A stretch of 64,000 bases of DNA from an uncultured Bacteroidota bacterium (GTDB lineage: Bacteria > Bacteroidota > Bacteroidia > Chitinophagales > Chitinophagaceae), in the NCBI GenBank assembly GCA_963773465.1, contig CAVZBF010000002.1, forward strand, positions 555,853 through 619,852. Reading direction: 5' to 3'. Made by a program: the position numbers and the translations under genes. Within the stretch, counting starts at the first letter, position 1. Every line of letters begins with the position of its first letter. Below, in pieces: positions 53,723 to 63,266 of this stretch. Under the pieces are notes generated by a model that was not told the origin of the DNA, did no database searches, and saw only the letters and a program-made list of their open reading frames with translations.

Positions 53723-54676
53723 ATGAAGAAGATCGGCGTGTTACATGGCAAAGAAAGAAGCTTTCCAATGGCTTTTGTGGAAAGAATTAATAGTAAAAAT
53801 ATTTCGGGAATAATGGCGGAACCTGTTCGTATTGATAAAGCAATACAGGGTGAGCCAACCGGGTATGCCGTGATCATTGACCGAATATCACAGGATGTTC
53901 CGTTTTACCGCACATGGCTTAAAAATGAAGCATTGACCGGCACGGCCGTTATCAATAACCCATTCTGGTGGAGCGCCGATGATAAATATTTCAATAATTG
54001 CCTGATGACAAAAGTTGGCGTGCCAATCCCAAAAACCGCCATCATTCCTTCACGGCAACATCCTGACGATACTACGGAAGAATCATTCAGCAATCTTGCT
54101 TATCCCATGGATTGGGAAAACATTTTCAACTATGTGGGATTCCCGGCATACATGAAACCATTTGCCGGCGGCGGATGGAAACATGTATATAAAATTAAAG
54201 ACAAAGACGAGTTTTTTGAAAAACATGGTGAAACGGGACAATTGGTAATGCTGTTACAGGAAGAAATTGTTTTTACCGAATACTATCGCTGTTATTGCAT
54301 CGGCAGAAAACATGTTCGCATTATGCCATATGAGCCCCGCAATCCGCATCATCTTCGTTATGTAGCCGATTTTACTCCATCACCAGAGAGATTAAAACAA
54401 ATGGAAGAAATCGTTTTACGCATTTGTAATTATCTCGGTTATGATTTCAATACTGTTGAGTTAGCGATAAAAGACGGTGTGCCATATGCTATTGATTTTT
54501 GTAACCCCGCCCCGGATGCAGAACGTACAAGTGTGGGTGAAGAAAATTTTGCGTGGGTGGTAGAAACCGCTTCAAACTATGCGATCGAAAGAGCAATGGA
54601 ACATAAAGATGGACAAGATAATTTAACGTGGGGTGAGTATGTAAAGAAAGGGGCAAACAAAACATCATTGGTTTGA
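53723..54676 (+). CDS. ATP-grasp domain protein (RimK/GshB-like fold)
   Basis: MKKIGVLHGKERSFP...FPAYMKPFAGGGWKHVYKI...ELAIKDGVPYAIDFCN. The ATP-grasp lysine/glycine loop and C-terminal Mg-binding region are both recognisable. Start placed at the internal MKKIG. Confidence 0.55.
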   Translation: MKKIGVLHGKERSFPMAFVERINSKNISGIMAEPVRIDKAIQGEPTGYAVIIDRISQDVPFYRTWLKNEALTGTAVINNPFWWSADDKYFNNCLMTKVGVPIPKTAIIPSRQHPDDTTEESFSNLAYPMDWENIFNYVGFPAYMKPFAGGGWKHVYKIKDKDEFFEKHGETGQLVMLLQEEIVFTEYYRCYCIGRKHVRIMPYEPRNPHHLRYVADFTPSPERLKQMEEIVLRICNYLGYDFNTVELAIKDGVPYAIDFCNPAPDAERTSVGEENFAWVVETASNYAIERAMEHKDGQDNLTWGEYVKKGANKTSLV

Positions 54677-54727
54677 AAACTCAATCAATTAATAATTATT
54701 AATTAATAATTATTAATTATTCAATTT
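54677..54727. repeat. AT-rich iterated aattaataattatt units between the ATP-grasp and YbdK genes
   Basis: caattaataattattaattaataattattaattattcaattt. Confidence 0.5.
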
Positions 54728-55840
54728 ATGGCAACACTTAACTATAAAACTTTTACACTTGGCGTTGAAGAAGAATACATGGTGCTTGACCCTGAAACAA
54801 GGGAATTGAAAAGTCATGAACAGAAAATTGTGCATGAAGGACAAAAAGTAATAAAGGATAAAGTAAAAGCTGAAATGCACCAGGCCGTAGTAGAAGTAGG
54901 AACCGATATTTGTGCCGATGCTGATGAAGCATGGCAGGATGTGGCTGCATTAAGAAAAACCATTTCTGATATAGCCGGCGGTCTTGGTTTTTCAATGGGC
55001 GCAGCAGGCACTCATCCTTTTAGTCATTGGGAAAGCCAGTTGATAACTGACCACATACGCTACAATGAACTGGTAAATGAATTACAGGAAGCCGCCCGCA
55101 GTAATTTAATATTTGGATTGCATGTGCATGTAGGAATGGAAAGCCGTGAGATGGCAAATCATATTGCAAATAGCACAAGATATTTCTTACCGCATATTTA
55201 TTCGTTAAGTACCAATTCGCCTTTTTGGGAAGGAAGACTGACCGGGTATAAATCTTTTCGCACAAAAGTGTTTGATAAATTTCCCCGCACCGGTATCCCT
55301 GAAGCATTTGACAGCATTGAAGCATATGAAAATTATGTAAAACTGCTGGTAAAAACCAATTGTATCGATAATGCAAAAAAGATCTGGTGGGACTTGCGGG
55401 TACATCCTTTTTTTAATACCGTGGAGTTTCGCATTTGCGATATTCCGCTCACGGTTGATGAAACTATTACTATTGCCACCTTATTCCAGGCTATTTGCGC
55501 AAGGATATATCTTTTACGAAGTAAGAATTTAAATTTTATTCAATACTCCCGTGCATTGCTAAATGAAAATAAATGGCGAGCCAGCCGCTATGGCATCGAT
55601 GGCCGTTTGATCGATTTTGGAAAAGAAGAAGAAGTAAATACCCGTGCACTGCTGTATGAGCTGGTTGATTTTGTCGATCCCGTTATTGATCATTTGGGGA
55701 GCCGGCACCGTCTTGCATATATTCACAAAATTCTTGAGAATGGAACCGGCGCCGACCGCCAATTAAAAATATTCGAAGAAACAAAAAATCTTGTAAGTGT
55801 TGTAGATTATATCCGGGGCCAATTCCTCGCTGGTATTTAA
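54728..55840 (+). CDS. Carboxylate-amine ligase, YbdK / glutamate-cysteine ligase family 2
   Basis: LGVEEEYMVLD start and GLHVHVG motif typical of GCS2/YbdK; 370 aa. Confidence 0.75.
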   Translation: MATLNYKTFTLGVEEEYMVLDPETRELKSHEQKIVHEGQKVIKDKVKAEMHQAVVEVGTDICADADEAWQDVAALRKTISDIAGGLGFSMGAAGTHPFSHWESQLITDHIRYNELVNELQEAARSNLIFGLHVHVGMESREMANHIANSTRYFLPHIYSLSTNSPFWEGRLTGYKSFRTKVFDKFPRTGIPEAFDSIEAYENYVKLLVKTNCIDNAKKIWWDLRVHPFFNTVEFRICDIPLTVDETITIATLFQAICARIYLLRSKNLNFIQYSRALLNENKWRASRYGIDGRLIDFGKEEEVNTRALLYELVDFVDPVIDHLGSRHRLAYIHKILENGTGADRQLKIFEETKNLVSVVDYIRGQFLAGI

Positions 55841-55866
55841 TTTTACTTTTTAAAAAACTAATCGAT

Positions 55867-56373
55867 ATGATTTTTATTAGAATGACTTTAGCCTTCATAA
55901 TAGTTTGCTTTTGTATTTCGGCATGCGATCAGTCAGATAAAGAAAAGCAAGCTGCAGAAAACTCAAACGCAACAAGCTCGCTTGAAAGCCTGATAACACC
56001 AGATGGTACCACTCCGGCTTCTTCAGGTTCTATCCAGGATATTTGGGTGCTTGACAGTATAAACAAAAAAGCACCGGATTCAAATTATTTTGCACACGGT
56101 ACACCTTATTTTGATTTTAACCTTGAAAAAAACACGATCACGGGGCATACCGGTTGTAACGGCTTAAATGGAAAGGTGAAAGCGAATGGTGAAAAATTAA
56201 CCTTCGATAGCCTGGTGCTTTCCTCAAACGAAACTTGCAAGGATAAGGGCTTTGAAAAAAAATTACTGTCCGGATTTAAAAGCGGAAATACGAGTTATAA
56301 AGTTTCGAATGATAAATTGTATTTAAATGTTGGAGCAGGATCAGAATTTATTTTCAGAAGGATCCGGCGTTAA
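55867..56373 (+). CDS. META (HslJ-like, DUF306) domain lipoprotein
   Basis: Lipobox ISACDQ; HTGCNGLNGKVKANGEKLTFDSLVLS...YKVSNDKLYL. Confidence 0.6.
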   Translation: MIFIRMTLAFIIVCFCISACDQSDKEKQAAENSNATSSLESLITPDGTTPASSGSIQDIWVLDSINKKAPDSNYFAHGTPYFDFNLEKNTITGHTGCNGLNGKVKANGEKLTFDSLVLSSNETCKDKGFEKKLLSGFKSGNTSYKVSNDKLYLNVGAGSEFIFRRIRR

Positions 56374-56385
56374 CAGAGCTTATAT

Positions 56386-56700
56386 GTGTTTCAATATATC
56401 CAATTGAAAACATCATCTAAAAACCTGCGCATCTGCAGCAAGGGCCACCAATATTATAAAAGCAGCGACTGCCCGGTATGTCCTATCTGTGAACAAAAAA
56501 GAAAACCGTCTTCAGACTTTTTAGCAAAAATTGGTGCTCCCGCAAGACGTGCATTAGAACGTGAAGGCATTGATTCACTTCTCAAACTTTCTAAATACAC
56601 AGAACAAGAACTGCTGGGCTTTCATGGTTTGGGGCCAGGTTCAATTCCTAAACTTCGGGATACACTTAAAGAAAAAGGACTTTCATTCAGAAAAAGATAA
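56386..56700 (+). CDS. Small Zn-ribbon plus HhH (RNA-polymerase alpha-CTD-like) protein
   Basis: CSKGHQYYKSSDCPVCPIC; LKLSKYTEQELLGFHGLGPGSIPKL. Confidence 0.45.
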   Translation: MFQYIQLKTSSKNLRICSKGHQYYKSSDCPVCPICEQKRKPSSDFLAKIGAPARRALEREGIDSLLKLSKYTEQELLGFHGLGPGSIPKLRDTLKEKGLSFRKR

Positions 56701-56841
56701 GTAAGCATTACTCTGCATATTCGCAGAATGACTCCTGATACAGGCGTTTGACATACCAACCTCACTTGCCTATAACCGCATGACTAAGAATAATTTTATA
56801 CCTTCATTTTCCTTTTTACAGCGCAATAAAATTATTTTCAA

Positions 56842-57295
56842 ATGAAGTTTATAAATATTTTGTGTGTTTCAATTTTATCGATAGCCGCTTCATGCAACTG
56901 GGCCAAGGACAAAGCAAAAGTTGCCGCCAATAAAACCGGCGAGGCCGTTGCGAAAACGGGTTCTGAATTTGCTGATGGTGTTGCAAAGGGAATTCAAAAA
57001 ACGTTTTTAAACGAGGTGACACTCTCTGATAATTTAAAAACAAACGGGCTTACCACAGGAAAGCTAATTATTGCAAGCACAGACAGCACAACTGACAATA
57101 TCCTTTCCGCCTATTTGATCTTTGCGAAAGATTTCAATCAACAATTGTCAATTAAAGTTTTTGATGAACAAGGGACTTGAATATGGCAGGACAAACCAAT
57201 TTATTACAGCCAAAGCCGGCGAAGCAAAATATGTTGATTTTATTTTTGATAAAAGAACCAATATCGATGGCAAAGGAACGATCAGTTTTGAATAA
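56842..57295 (+). pseudogene. Hypothetical lipoprotein; C-terminal ~38 aa in the +1 frame (shift ~57175)
   Basis: Signal plus Cys. After ...FDEQGT* the next frame continues YGRTNQFITAKAGEAKYVDFIFDKRTNIDGKGTISFE*. Confidence 0.4.
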
Positions 57296-57324
57296 TTACT
57301 TTACACCGCATTTTAATTTGCCCG

Positions 57325-57855
57325 ATGATCCCTATTGATATTACTAAAATAAAATTTCAGCCGGTCACCGTTACTTTTCTTGAAATGCACGAGCCGAAAG
57401 AATTCCCGGTACCTCTCCCCCATACTCATTTCGGGTTATTACCAAAACCAATTCCCGTAAATGAATACAGGAAATATTATTATGCCGTTGGTGAAAAACA
57501 TTTTTGGCTTGACCGGATGGTAATGCCCGATGAAGAACTGTTTGACAAGATCAATGCTGCCAATGTTGACATTTATATTTTCTATGTAAATAATGATGCC
57601 GCCGGATATATTGAATTTATAAAAGAAGAAAAGTTTGTAGAAATACTTTATTTCGGGATCGTGCCGGAATTCATAGGCAAAGGATATGGCAAATATTTTT
57701 TACAATGGGTAATTGCAAAAGCCTGGAGTTATAACCCGGGATGGATACAATTAAATACCTGTACACTCGATCATCCAAATGCGTTGGGAATGTATAAAAG
57801 TGCCGGCTTTACTGAAATCAGAACAGAAATTCATCAACGCAGAGTTTTAATTTAA
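57325..57855 (+). CDS. GNAT family N-acetyltransferase
   Basis: IGKGYGKYFLQWVIAKAW...YKSAGFTEI. Confidence 0.7.
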   Translation: MIPIDITKIKFQPVTVTFLEMHEPKEFPVPLPHTHFGLLPKPIPVNEYRKYYYAVGEKHFWLDRMVMPDEELFDKINAANVDIYIFYVNNDAAGYIEFIKEEKFVEILYFGIVPEFIGKGYGKYFLQWVIAKAWSYNPGWIQLNTCTLDHPNALGMYKSAGFTEIRTEIHQRRVLI

Positions 57856-57899
57856 GATTAAGGTTAAGGTTGAGATTGAGGCTAAGCCTTAGCCTTAGC
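57856..57899. repeat. Stop-to-stop spacer of iterated aaggtt / gagatt / agcctt units forming an imperfect palindrome centred on ggctaagcc
   Basis: gattaaggttaaggttgagattgaggctaagccttagccttagc. Confidence 0.7.
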
Positions 57900-59027
57900 C
57901 TACTGCTTCGTCTCCTCCACTTTCGAACTAAGTGTAACCGATGGATGCCTGTTCGGTGCATTCACTGCACTTAATACAATAAATTTTAAAGATACCTGTG
58001 GCTTTCTTTCTATTGTCTTTACCTCGACAATTGTTTTTTCACCGGCTTTCAATGTGATCATATCATTATTATTATGTAACGTATAACCTGTTTGATTCTG
58101 CAGCACAATTTCAGTACTGGAAAGATTTTCGATCTCAACACCAAGCACATTGTATTTGCCGATATATTTTGCAGATGTAATTTTTAATGAACTTTCGATC
58201 AAAGGGATAAGGAATTCATCACGCCCAATTAAGAGATCTTTATACACCGCAACAGTGCGCCGGTTCATTAAAGCATCTTTAATACTTTCCGCGCTTCTTT
58301 CTTTTACAAACACCAATGTAATGGGACGATGACCACCTTTCGGTACTTTAAAATCCCAATCGATCAGTTTATGAATATCACTATTACCCATTATGGTTAA
58401 ATTATTATCCAGTGCAATTTGCAATGCTTCTATTGAGAAAGTCTGGTCGTTTACTACTTCGATGCCATCGAGAAGCTTTTCACGAATAAGCAAACGATGC
58501 ACATCGGTGAGTGTAGCCATTCCATCTTTACGTTGTGGCGTCCAGTTGGGATGGTTCCAGAAAGTAAAAGCACCTTGTTTTTTAGCTTCACGAAAAACCT
58601 GGATGGAATCATCAACCAATAATTTATTCGGATCAGAAAGAAAGATCGCATTGTTATGGCCCGGCGGCATCTTCCTTGTTATTTCAGAACCTTTCACAAT
58701 TATCAAATCGTGGTTGGCTGCTTCCTTTATAGCTATATCATAAGAACGGTTTCTGTCAGGATGCGGGATATCATCTTTATGCGGCTGGTACTCCAGATGC
58801 TCTGTCAAAGAAATAGCATCAAGCCCATCCAGTAAAGCTTCCTGCACCCGGATATCCGGCCAAACGCTGCCATCAGAAAAAACTGTGTGTTGATGAAAAT
58901 CGCATTTTAAGGTTTTATAACCGGGAATATCAGGAAACATAAGTTTTCGTCCCAACGCATGGCTGTGATCTTGTGAGAAAGTTGTGTACGATAAAAGAAG
59001 AAAGACAAAAATTAAATTCTTCTGCAT
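57900..59027 (-). CDS. PHP-domain (Sb-PDE-like) phosphoesterase, secreted
   Basis: CDFHQHTVFSDGS...SLTEHLEY metal-binding His/Asp of the PHP fold; signal peptide. Confidence 0.6.
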   Translation of the reverse strand: MQKNLIFVFLLLSYTTFSQDHSHALGRKLMFPDIPGYKTLKCDFHQHTVFSDGSVWPDIRVQEALLDGLDAISLTEHLEYQPHKDDIPHPDRNRSYDIAIKEAANHDLIIVKGSEITRKMPPGHNNAIFLSDPNKLLVDDSIQVFREAKKQGAFTFWNHPNWTPQRKDGMATLTDVHRLLIREKLLDGIEVVNDQTFSIEALQIALDNNLTIMGNSDIHKLIDWDFKVPKGGHRPITLVFVKERSAESIKDALMNRRTVAVYKDLLIGRDEFLIPLIESSLKITSAKYIGKYNVLGVEIENLSSTEIVLQNQTGYTLHNNNDMITLKAGEKTIVEVKTIERKPQVSLKFIVLSAVNAPNRHPSVTLSSKVEETKQ

Positions 59028-59379
59028 AGCAATTAGTTTGGGGCAAATTAAAGAATATCCGAAATAGAAAAATTAAAATAATTGCCTCTGAACTTGCAGA
59101 AGTGTCCCGGTTTAAAACAAAATTTAACCACGCAGGCACCGCGACACTAAGTAACACGGAGACGATCTCTGTGCCACTCTGTGAACTCTGTGTCTCCGTG
59201 GTAAAAAAAATTGACACGCACTGAAACATCCACTTCTTAGTCATGAGAGGCCTTGGCAGTATTGCAATGCATTTTCTTGTGGCCGCCATGTCAAATGCAA
59301 CTAATCTGTTATTTTTTTCCTCTATGGCCTGTCGCTTTTAAATCGGCAGTAAATTTGTAAACTAAAGCAAAACAAAAAA

Positions 59380-59667
59380 ATGAAAAGACAACCTTCTCTT
59401 ATTTTTTGTATCGTGATGGATCTGATGGGTTATGCCACTTATGCAATACCATTTTTAGGGGAGCTTGGTGACGTATTGTGGGCACCCATTTCTTCGATGA
59501 TCTTTATGGCCAGCTTTGGCGGATGGAAAGGAGCATTGGGTGGCGTTGGTAACTTTATAGAAGAATTGTTACCAGGTACTGACTTTATTCCCAGCTTTAC
59601 TATCATGTGGTTTATTCAGAACATGCAGAAGAAGAATAACGTTACAACCGTTAAAACCCTGAGATAG
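59380..59667 (+). CDS. DUF4112-like small membrane protein
   Basis: Two TM segments; MDLMGYATYAIPFLGELGDVLWAPIS. Confidence 0.45.
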   Translation: MKRQPSLIFCIVMDLMGYATYAIPFLGELGDVLWAPISSMIFMASFGGWKGALGGVGNFIEELLPGTDFIPSFTIMWFIQNMQKKNNVTTVKTLR

Positions 59668-59670
59668 TAA

Positions 59671-60729
59671 TCATTTGAATTCGCCGCTATCTACATCATG
59701 GATGAATTTTATTACGCCATCCATAAAAACTTTCTGATCGTCATACATGGCAAGATGACTTCCATTTGGACAATATAGATAGCGGCCTTTTTGCACCAGC
59801 TTACTTTGTTCTTCCATTGCTTTCGGATCCATGGTGTCATGTTTTGCGCCGATCATTAATGTTGGAATTCTTATTTCTTTCAACCTGTCTTTTATATTCC
59901 AGTTTGCAAGATTGCCACCGATACCCATTTCAGATGGACCCTGCATCATTTTATATATCGTATAATTAAGATTAGCGAAAGAACGGGTTACCGGTTCCGG
60001 CCAGGGATTTAAGCGACAAATATGTTCATTATAGTAATTAGGTGTCAATAATTCCATGTAACGTGTATTTTCAAAATCACCTTTAGCTTCAATAGCCAAT
60101 ATTTCTTTAAGTACATTAGGATCCATTTGCTTCATTAAAACTTCTTGTGCATATTTTCCATACTCCGGACAACTGGCCATCATGTTCGCAACGATCAGGC
60201 TTTTCATTTTATCCTGGTATTTCAACGCATATTGCATTCCAAGAATACCACCCCAGGAATTTCCAAGTATGTAAAAATTTGTTGAGTCGGCTCCGATTGC
60301 CTGCCGAACCTGGTCAACTTCTTCTACAAACCGGTCAAGCAACCATAAGCTTGTATCAGCGGGTTTATCTGAATTACCGCAACCAAGCTGATCATATTCA
60401 TAAAACTCAAAGCCTTCTTTTGGAAAAAAGCTTTCGAATACTTCCATGTACTGATGTGTAGCGGCCGGGCCACCATGGAGTAATAAAACTTTTATTCGCG
60501 GATTGTTGCCAAATCGTTTTGTCCAAACTTTAAATTCACCGTTGGGTGTTTTAACAGGGATCATTTTTATTCCCGCCATCTGTACACCGGTATCATCGTA
60601 ATTAAAGTATTCATATAAATGTATATCTGCACCGCCGGCGCTGCTTGCATTACTTGCCACTCCGCCGGTTTTTTGTTCGCAGGAAAAAATAATTGCAGAT
60701 ACCAGAATGAAAAAGAGAAGCTTTCTCAT
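59671..60729 (-). CDS. Proline iminopeptidase-like alpha/beta hydrolase (S33), lipoprotein
   Basis: Lipobox IFSCEQ; HGGPAATHQY; nucleophile GNSWGG; C-terminal HD. Confidence 0.75.
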   Translation of the reverse strand: MRKLLFFILVSAIIFSCEQKTGGVASNASSAGGADIHLYEYFNYDDTGVQMAGIKMIPVKTPNGEFKVWTKRFGNNPRIKVLLLHGGPAATHQYMEVFESFFPKEGFEFYEYDQLGCGNSDKPADTSLWLLDRFVEEVDQVRQAIGADSTNFYILGNSWGGILGMQYALKYQDKMKSLIVANMMASCPEYGKYAQEVLMKQMDPNVLKEILAIEAKGDFENTRYMELLTPNYYNEHICRLNPWPEPVTRSFANLNYTIYKMMQGPSEMGIGGNLANWNIKDRLKEIRIPTLMIGAKHDTMDPKAMEEQSKLVQKGRYLYCPNGSHLAMYDDQKVFMDGVIKFIHDVDSGEFK

Positions 60730-60798
60730 AAGTTAGTTTTTGAATTGAAAAGGTAATGATTTTATTTATGTAATTTACTTTATCAAAAAAATACTGTT

Positions 60799-62444
60799 AT
60801 GAGGTTTCTATTTTTTCTTATCGTGTTTCCAGTGGCAACTATAGCACAAACTAAAAACGATACACTCCAGTTGATTCAAAAAACTGCTGCGCTTTACGAT
60901 CTTGAATACACAATTGCCGAGGCAGATTCATTGATGGAGAGCATGAAGAATTATACCCAACTGATAAAAGGAATGCACAAAACGCTTCCCACAAATGATA
61001 TTCCCTATCCTTTTGCTTTTAATCCGATTCCATACGGCGTAATAAAACAAAGGACCACACAGACCGTTTCACTTCCATTTCGTGCCGATATTCAATTGCC
61101 AAAAAATAAAAATGATCTTGCGTTTTATTCTATTCCTCAATTGGCAGGATTGATAAGGACAAAAAAAATAACATCGGTCGAGCTCACTAAATTTTTTATT
61201 GAAAGACTAAAAAAATGGGGTGATACATTAGAATGTGTGATCTCGCTGACCGAAGACACCGCAATGGCACAGGCAAAACGGGCCGATGAAGAAATTAAAG
61301 AACGGAAAATACCGCGGCATACTGCATGGCATTCCTTATGGCTTAAAAGATCTGTTTGCAGTAAAAGGATATAAAACAACATGGGGCAGCACACCATACA
61401 AAGATCAATTTGTTGATGACGATTCTTATGTATATAAAAGATTGAGAAATGCCGGCGCTGTGCTTTGTGCTAAATTATCGTTGGGTGCTCTTGCATTCAA
61501 TAACAAATGGTTTGGTGGGGAAACAAAAAATCCCTGGAACCTGAATCAGGGGTCAAGTGGTTCATCCGCCGGTTCTGCTGCTGCAGTTGTTGCCGGGCTC
61601 TTGCCTTTTGCGATCGGAACCGAAACATTGGGCTCCATCGTTTCTCCTTCTACACGATGCGGCGCTACCGGCTTACGACCAACATTTCGGTTCTATCAGT
61701 CGCTCTGGTGCCATGGTGCTTTGCTGGAGTTTAGATAAGATTGGACCTATATGCCGCAGTGCTGAAGACTGCGCAATAGTTTTTAATTATATAAAGGGAA
61801 CAGATGGTAAGGATAATGGTTCGGTTGATAAGAATTTTAATTATGACGGTGTGGTTGATTTTAAAAAATTAAAGGTTGCTTATGCAGAAAATTATTTTAA
61901 ACGATTAGCACCGGATGCGCAGGAAAGAAAAGTGTTGGAAGTGTACAAATCGTTGGGTGCCGACATTAAAGCTGTTGATTTTCCTGACTCCACTGTGTAT
62001 CCTGTAAATCTTATCAGTATTATATTGAATGCAGAAAGCGCCGCTGCTTTTGATGAACTGACAAGAACCAATCGCGATGACCTGATCGAAAGACAGGATA
62101 AAGGTTTTTGGCCAAATAGTTTTCGGGCAGCAAGATTAATTCCTGCTGTTGAATATATAAATGCAAACCGCTATCGCTATAATCTTTGCAAAGTAATAAA
62201 TGATTTCATGAAAGATTATGATGTTGTGATCGTGCCAAGTTTTGCAGGCAGGCAATTAGCTATTACAAATCTTACCGGTCATCCTGTTGTAGTAATGCCG
62301 ATGGGCTTTAATCAAACCGGCTCGCCTTTAAGCATCACCCTCATCGGTAATTTGTATGATGAAGCGACAATTCTTGCTGCTGCAAAAGCTTTCCAGGATA
62401 AAACGGATCATAATAAAAAGCACCCGGAGAAGTTTAAGGAGTGA
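60799..62444 (+). pseudogene. Amidase-signature family amidase split into three ORFs (shifts ~61290-61370 and ~61560-61740)
   Basis: Signal peptide; GILHGIPYGLKDLF; AS signature GSSGSSAGSAAAVVAGLLPFAIGTETLGSIVSPS in the middle fragment; C-terminal fragment continues. Confidence 0.75.
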
Positions 62445-62497
62445 GTGGTGAATGATGAGTTGTGAGTTGTGAGTAGTAATTTAAAGTAGGCTTTCTT
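62445..62497. repeat. Iterated gtgagtt/gtgagtg units between convergent gene ends
   Basis: gtgagtggtgaatgatgagttgtgagttgtgagtagtaa, then a small hairpin aagtag...ctactt. Confidence 0.6.
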
Positions 62498-63217
62498 CTA
62501 CTTGAGTTTATAATAAACACCAACATTCAACCCCACATTCCATAAATAAGCTGTTACCGGCAGGTCAATTATTTTTAAAAGCCCGTAGCGGAATGTTGGT
62601 TCTGTTCGCAAAAAGAAATTCTCTGTTAACTTAAATTCAACGCCTGCACTTATTACTGAAGAAAGATTAAATTTTTTATACTCAAACTGATCAGATTGAC
62701 GCAATTCTTTCTCACTACCATCACCATAAAATAAAGTAACCAGCTCTGATTCGTTTAAAAGAATATTCACCGTAAGGCCTGCTCCGGCAATAAATTTTAT
62801 ATGCCCGCTTCCTGAAATGAAATTCAATTTCAGCGGGATATCAAGATAATTGAAACTTGTTTGAGATTTAATGTGTGTCGGCTCACCTGGACGTGGTGCA
62901 TAGTCCAAAGCATGTTTGGGGATTCTATGTCCTTTGTCGGAGTAAAGAAGTCCTGTTTGCAATTCTAATTTTTTGGATAGCCTGGCAATCAGGGTGAGAC
63001 CAGTTGTGACACTAAACTTGCCTTTCTCTTGTTCGTTCCTGCTGTTAATGACAAAATCACTGGATGAACTGCCATCGTTATTTTTTAGTTTCCGGTAATT
63101 GTAATCGGGAGAAAAACTAATGCCAATGGCGACATTTTTTTTTGTTTTATCTTTTTTAGTAACCTGCGCATTAATCAATAAAGGAATGAAAGCAAGTATT
63201 AGAAATATTTTTCTCAT
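62498..63217 (-). CDS. Outer-membrane beta-barrel protein (PorT/OmpA-like barrel family)
   Basis: Signal ...INAQ; amphipathic strands; C-terminal VGVYYKLK. Confidence 0.6.
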   Translation of the reverse strand: MRKIFLILAFIPLLINAQVTKKDKTKKNVAIGISFSPDYNYRKLKNNDGSSSSDFVINSRNEQEKGKFSVTTGLTLIARLSKKLELQTGLLYSDKGHRIPKHALDYAPRPGEPTHIKSQTSFNYLDIPLKLNFISGSGHIKFIAGAGLTVNILLNESELVTLFYGDGSEKELRQSDQFEYKKFNLSSVISAGVEFKLTENFFLRTEPTFRYGLLKIIDLPVTAYLWNVGLNVGVYYKLK

Positions 63218-63266
63218 ATCAACTGATTTTTTAAATTGACAACGAAATATTGAAGACTGTTGCGTC

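Noticed and set aside
59100-59240. Hairpin cacggagac...gtctccgtg followed by gtaaaaaaaatt, considered as a terminator or sRNA
   Set aside because: The stem encloses a 28-nt loop and is followed by an A-run rather than a T-run on the relevant strand. The evidence is too weak to call.
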